Assembly (NCBI GenBank): GCA_013265495.1
Contig: MU063554.1
Location: forward strand, 8,964,574-9,028,573
Length of the DNA stretch: 64,000 nt
Direction of reading: 5' to 3'
From: Vicugna vicugna
Lineage: Eukaryota
The notes beneath the pieces are model-generated. The model was not told the origin of the DNA, did no database searches, and saw only the letters and a program-made list of their open reading frames with translations. Below are positions 60,179 through 64,000 of this stretch, piece by piece; position 1 is the first letter of the stretch, and each line of letters starts with the position of its first letter. The position numbers were made by a program, and so were the translations under genes.

Positions 60179-61212
60179 CTCTGGGTGACAGGCTGCGAGC
60201 ATGGAGGGGCAGTGGCAGAGACAAGAGGGCCCTGGGCAGGCGGTGAGCCTGGGGAAGCCACGGGCCAGCCCTGCAGTCCCACAGCCCCGGGTCCGCCACC
60301 TGGCACGCAGTGGGTCCACCACCTGGCACGCATTAGGTCCTCAGTGAAGGGTGCTAAGTCTCCACCTTAAGAAAGGGGGGCTATGGGAGCTCCTCGAAGG
60401 CTCTAGGTGTCCACAGGATTGGCATTCAGCAGGGCCGGGGTCTTGTCACACCACCCTCCCCTGGGCTGGGAGGCCACAATGGGCACCACCTCGGGGGCCG
60501 GGTCATGCCGGGTGGCTGTTTATCCGCACGCCAGGGCTGCCTGCGGGGCGTATTAGAGGCCATGAAAAAGAGATGAGGTCTAGGAGGGGTAATTAAAAGC
60601 CATGGTGACATCGATCTGCCCAGAGCACACGGGGCGACTCCCCATCTTACCTCATGCAGGCCCGGCCTGATTGGCCCCCTGGGCATTGCTGGGGCCGCGA
60701 AGCCTCACCTGTGGCCGGGAGGCTCCCAGGGCAGCAGCCAGGCTGGCTTCAGAGGCTGTGCGAAACAGGCCTGGGGGAAGCCCAGCTGCTGCCCTTGGCC
60801 CTGAAAAGGCAGGAGCGGGCAAATCTGTTACAGACACAGGTCCCCACTCTGCATGGTCTCGAAGGTTAACCTTCTCCCCTCCAAGACCCCAGAGAGTCCC
60901 CCGGGTAGACACGCTGAGATGCCCTGGGGCCGCCTGCCTGTCTTGGGAAGGGCACGTCCAAATCTGCCTGCAAGGATGGATGCTATCTGGAAGTAAACTG
61001 AGCTCTTCTTGGCCATCGAGCCTGGGCTGGGAACGGTACATACTTTAAAAAACTAGGAACATCGAGTATTTACTTATCATAGTCTTTGCAAAGCTGGATG
61101 CTCTGATCGGAAGAACAACAATTTTCTTGCTGTTCCTGCTGTTGACCAGTTATTCTCTTGGTAGTTGTTATTTTAGTTTTAAAATGGACTTAGTGAGTGG
61201 ACTTAATGCAAA

Positions 61213-61392
61213 TGTGGAGCCAGCTGCCCTGAGACCTCGCCTCCCTTCCACCACTTGCTGCATCCGTGATCTTGGGCAAATCGTTTGAGGGTCCTGTGTC
61301 TTGGTCTCCCTGTTGGTAAATGGAGATACAAATAACCAATGCCACAGGTGGGAAGGATGTGATGAGATTATGTTTGCAAAATCATGCACAAT
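61213..61392 (+). mobile_element. MIR
   Basis: CCACCACTTGCTGCATCCGTGATCTTGGGCAAATCG...GTAAATGGAGATAC. Confidence 0.7.
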
Positions 61393-62591
61393 TAGGAAGG
61401 GTCAGTTGAACAGTTGCACTGCTGTATGCTTGAGACCCTGACGTCCTCCAGGCCCTGCGACCTGGCCCACTTCACGGATGAGATAACTGAGGTGGCAGGT
61501 CCTTTCTGAGCTGGAATTCCACAGGGAGCCTCCCCATTCTCCTGCATCTCAGGAGATTTGGCTTCCAGCAGCTGGAACCAGACAAGCAGCAGGCGGAGCC
61601 CTGCCTGGAAGCCCTGGGATTGCCTGCCTTCCTACCAGCCCGTGAGCATGAGCTGGCCTGCACTGTACTTGGTTACGTAATTGCAGCCTCTGGTCTGTTT
61701 CTGTGAAAACCCAGCCTTTTTTTTTTGCTCTTGGCCTTCACCACATGGCAGGGGGATGGGAGCCACACCTCTTGCTCTCCACACTGTAAAGGAAGTAGCA
61801 ACCCTATCAGATGGGAGGAAGGAAAAGTTTTCTCGGGGCCTTGACAGAATAGCCTGTCTCCCACGCGAGGGCAGGCCTGCGGTAAGGGCGCTGGTCTAAA
61901 CACAGACAGGCCTGTTTCTTTCTTGTAAGCTGCCTGACATGGGGTGAAAATTCTTCCGGATTTTGGAGAGGACGCTCTGAATTAAAGTCTTAGAAAAAGC
62001 ACCATCTCCTTATGATCGCTGCCTCGCTCCACCCTTTGTGTTTGTAACAAGGGTGGTGCTTGAGCTTTGAAAACGGAGAGCCACACGGGTCCAGGGGACT
62101 TCTAAAACCTGCTCCAAATGAAACACACAGAGTCACCAAGACGCTGACTGGAGAAAGACTTGGAGGAACGAGTGACCGCCTTCTGAAAGCCCTGGTACAC
62201 AGCCCACGAGCCTAGTTACTTGATGGAGGTTTGATCTGACTGTCACTAGGCTCTTCCAGGCCATGACAGTCACAGGCACTGTCTGCAGAATGTTTGCTGA
62301 GCGTCAGATCGTGGGCTGGGCGTCTCTTTGGCCCCAGCTGCCTCCCTAGGAGGTCGGCGTGACTCCGATGCACACGGATGTCGGGCGATGTGTCTGTGAG
62401 AGCATCACCTGGACCAGACCCCTAACAGGCTGACGGCTCTCTGCCCCCTACTGCTCTGCTGAAGGACCCACTCTGCTTTGTGCTGTATTCTCCTTGCAAA
62501 CAGCATCGAGTTTATAAGCTGAAACTGTGCACGGGCTTTGGGCTGCGCTGTCACACGGGAAAAAAAAAAAATCGTCTCTTGCCCCTTAGCC

Positions 62592-62919
62592 CAGACCAGT
62601 CCATCATCCTAGAGTCACAATTTCAAAAAAGCTTTGTAAACCAAAAGTCATTGTTATCGTTTATCTGGTGGCAAAACCTGCCCTAAACTGACAGAATGGA
62701 TATAAAGCTAGGTATAGTCTTTTTTCTTCCCACATAGTAAGAATATTCATACATTTTGCTGCAGAAATAGTCATGCTTTCTATCTGTAGGTGCTGCCCCA
62801 CAGCCCTCCGGGGGGGGGGTGCTACGTGGTGTACAATTACAAGATACTAACTTTCTAAAACTTTCTGCCAAGTTCTGATTTCTGGCCCCGTGGGTTTCAG
62901 AACAGGGCTCGTGGGCCTG
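62592..62919. mobile_element. MER46C-like TcMar-Tigger MITE, full length
   Basis: GGCAAAACCTG...GAATATTCATACATTTTGCTGCAGAAATA...GGTGCTGCCCC...TCTGGCCCC..GGGTTTCAG...GTGGGCCTG followed by TA. Confidence 0.75.
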
Positions 62920-62989
62920 TAAATTATCCCCCGAGTCCCACTTCGGAGTCGAGTCCTGCACACAATGTTGGGTAGTGGCAGTTGTGGGC

Positions 62990-63150
62990 ATTTGAAATCA
63001 GATCAACCTTGACCTCGATTCTGGTTTCTGCAGCTGAGGCCTGTGGCATCTCGGGAACGTGGAAATCACGGAAGCCTCAGTTTCCCCAGTTGCAGGATGG
63101 GAAGAGGTGGCAGAAGCATCTCCCCTTGCAGGACCGTTGTGAGGCTGATG
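62990..63150 (+). mobile_element. MIR
   Basis: GAAGCCTCAGTTTCCCCAGTTGCAGGATGGG...GACCGTTGTGAGG. Confidence 0.65.
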
Positions 63151-63899
63151 TGGGCTTCCGGGTGCAAGGACCACGTATGTGTGGCCCCTGGGGACACTCT
63201 AACTGGTCCACATTTTCGTCTGCTCTTTGTAAGTGATTTACAGACCTGATGCAAAGATGTGGTGAATCTTTCACCTCTTTGGAGTTCACTGCCCTCAGCT
63301 TGGAGTAGGATGTGGCCCCAGGGAGCTCAGGCAGGGGGCAGGTAATGACACAGCAAGACCTGCAAATGCCACGGCAATTAGCGGGAGCCACCAAGACCTC
63401 TGTGATATTAATTAGCTGTCGCCTCTCGGGGAACACTCAGGGACGTTGCACACAGAGGTGCACAGCCCTGACCACGAGAACCGAGTAAATAGGACAGAGT
63501 TTGGCTTCCCAAGAGCCAAGGGTGCTGATGTAAGACTTGCCCTGAGCTCAGGTGTAAGACAGGCTCTTGATGGACAGACTGGGGACAACGGGAGGAAGCA
63601 TGCTAGCAGGGGTGGTCCTCACGTGCTCAGCCTCCCCGCTTGCACCCTGGTGGTTAGAGTAGGCTTCATTTCCTCTGTCTCTTTCTAGTCACTTCTCCTG
63701 CCGCTCCGTGTACTGTCTCTTCACACGAGCACACTCGGGCCACTTAGCCACCCTCTGAGCACAGAGCTCCGTGGATGTGGCAGCTAAGAGTCTCACTCTC
63801 TTCCACTGAAGCCAGGGTTCACCCGAAAAAGAAGATGATTCATAGAATGCAGGATGGTTTGCATTTTCGGGGTGAATACTCCCCTTGATTTCAGACCTA

Positions 63900-64000
63900 G
63901 ATATTTATTCAGCAGCTGCTTATTGAGTGCCTGCTGCTTGTCAGCTATGTTGACATCCTGAGGATACAGCCATGAACACAAGAGAAAGTACCTGCTCGAA
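63900..64000 (-). mobile_element. L2 3' fragment, runs off the window
   Basis: CTTATTGAGTGCCTGCTGC...GAGGATACAGCCATGAACACAAG. Confidence 0.7.

Noticed and set aside
49476-60332. Short direct repeats as a CRISPR-like array
   Set aside because: Only 2-3 adjacent units with no unique spacers, in mammalian DNA with no cas genes.
1-64000. Host protein-coding gene or nameable locus
   Set aside because: No ORF resembles a known protein other than L1 ORF2 remnants, and there is no coherent exon chain. I do not recognise the CNE-like sequences well enough to name a neighbouring gene.

Overview
Mammalian non-coding genomic DNA, most likely camelid (alpaca/llama/camel). Two tRNA-derived SINEs (4927-5053, 57579-57714) and five young L1 3' ends match my recollection of camelid-specific families. 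I cannot support any host protein-coding exon, RNA gene or CRISPR array. The listed ORFs are chance frames, frames running through N blocks, or L1 ORF2 remnants. The window is dominated by ancient eutherian repeats (MIR, L2, L1M/L1ME, MLT1/MLT2 LTRs, MER104, MER103C, MER20, MER46C). These are interspersed with unique, motif-dense, partly CpG-retaining blocks (24.2-26.7, 35.5-35.8, 40.7-41.0, 50.1-50.6, 56.0-56.3 kb) that look like conserved non-coding enhancers of a developmental locus, either a gene desert or a long intron. I cannot name the neighbouring gene. Composition shifts from AT-rich and L1/LTR-rich on the left to GC/CpG-rich on the right. Twelve N blocks are present and several fall inside the enhancer-like blocks, so informative sequence may be hidden. 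I found no evidence for a new multi-gene system. The best leads are a TALE/HOX motif-dense element at 50.1-50.6 kb, the 24-28 kb regulatory cluster with a near-perfect CTCF motif, an MLT2 LTR split by a 168-bp insert carrying older L2 sequence, and unusual L1 architecture at 13.8-18 kb. Repeat family names come from recalled consensus sequences, not a database search, and boundaries of ancient repeats are approximate.
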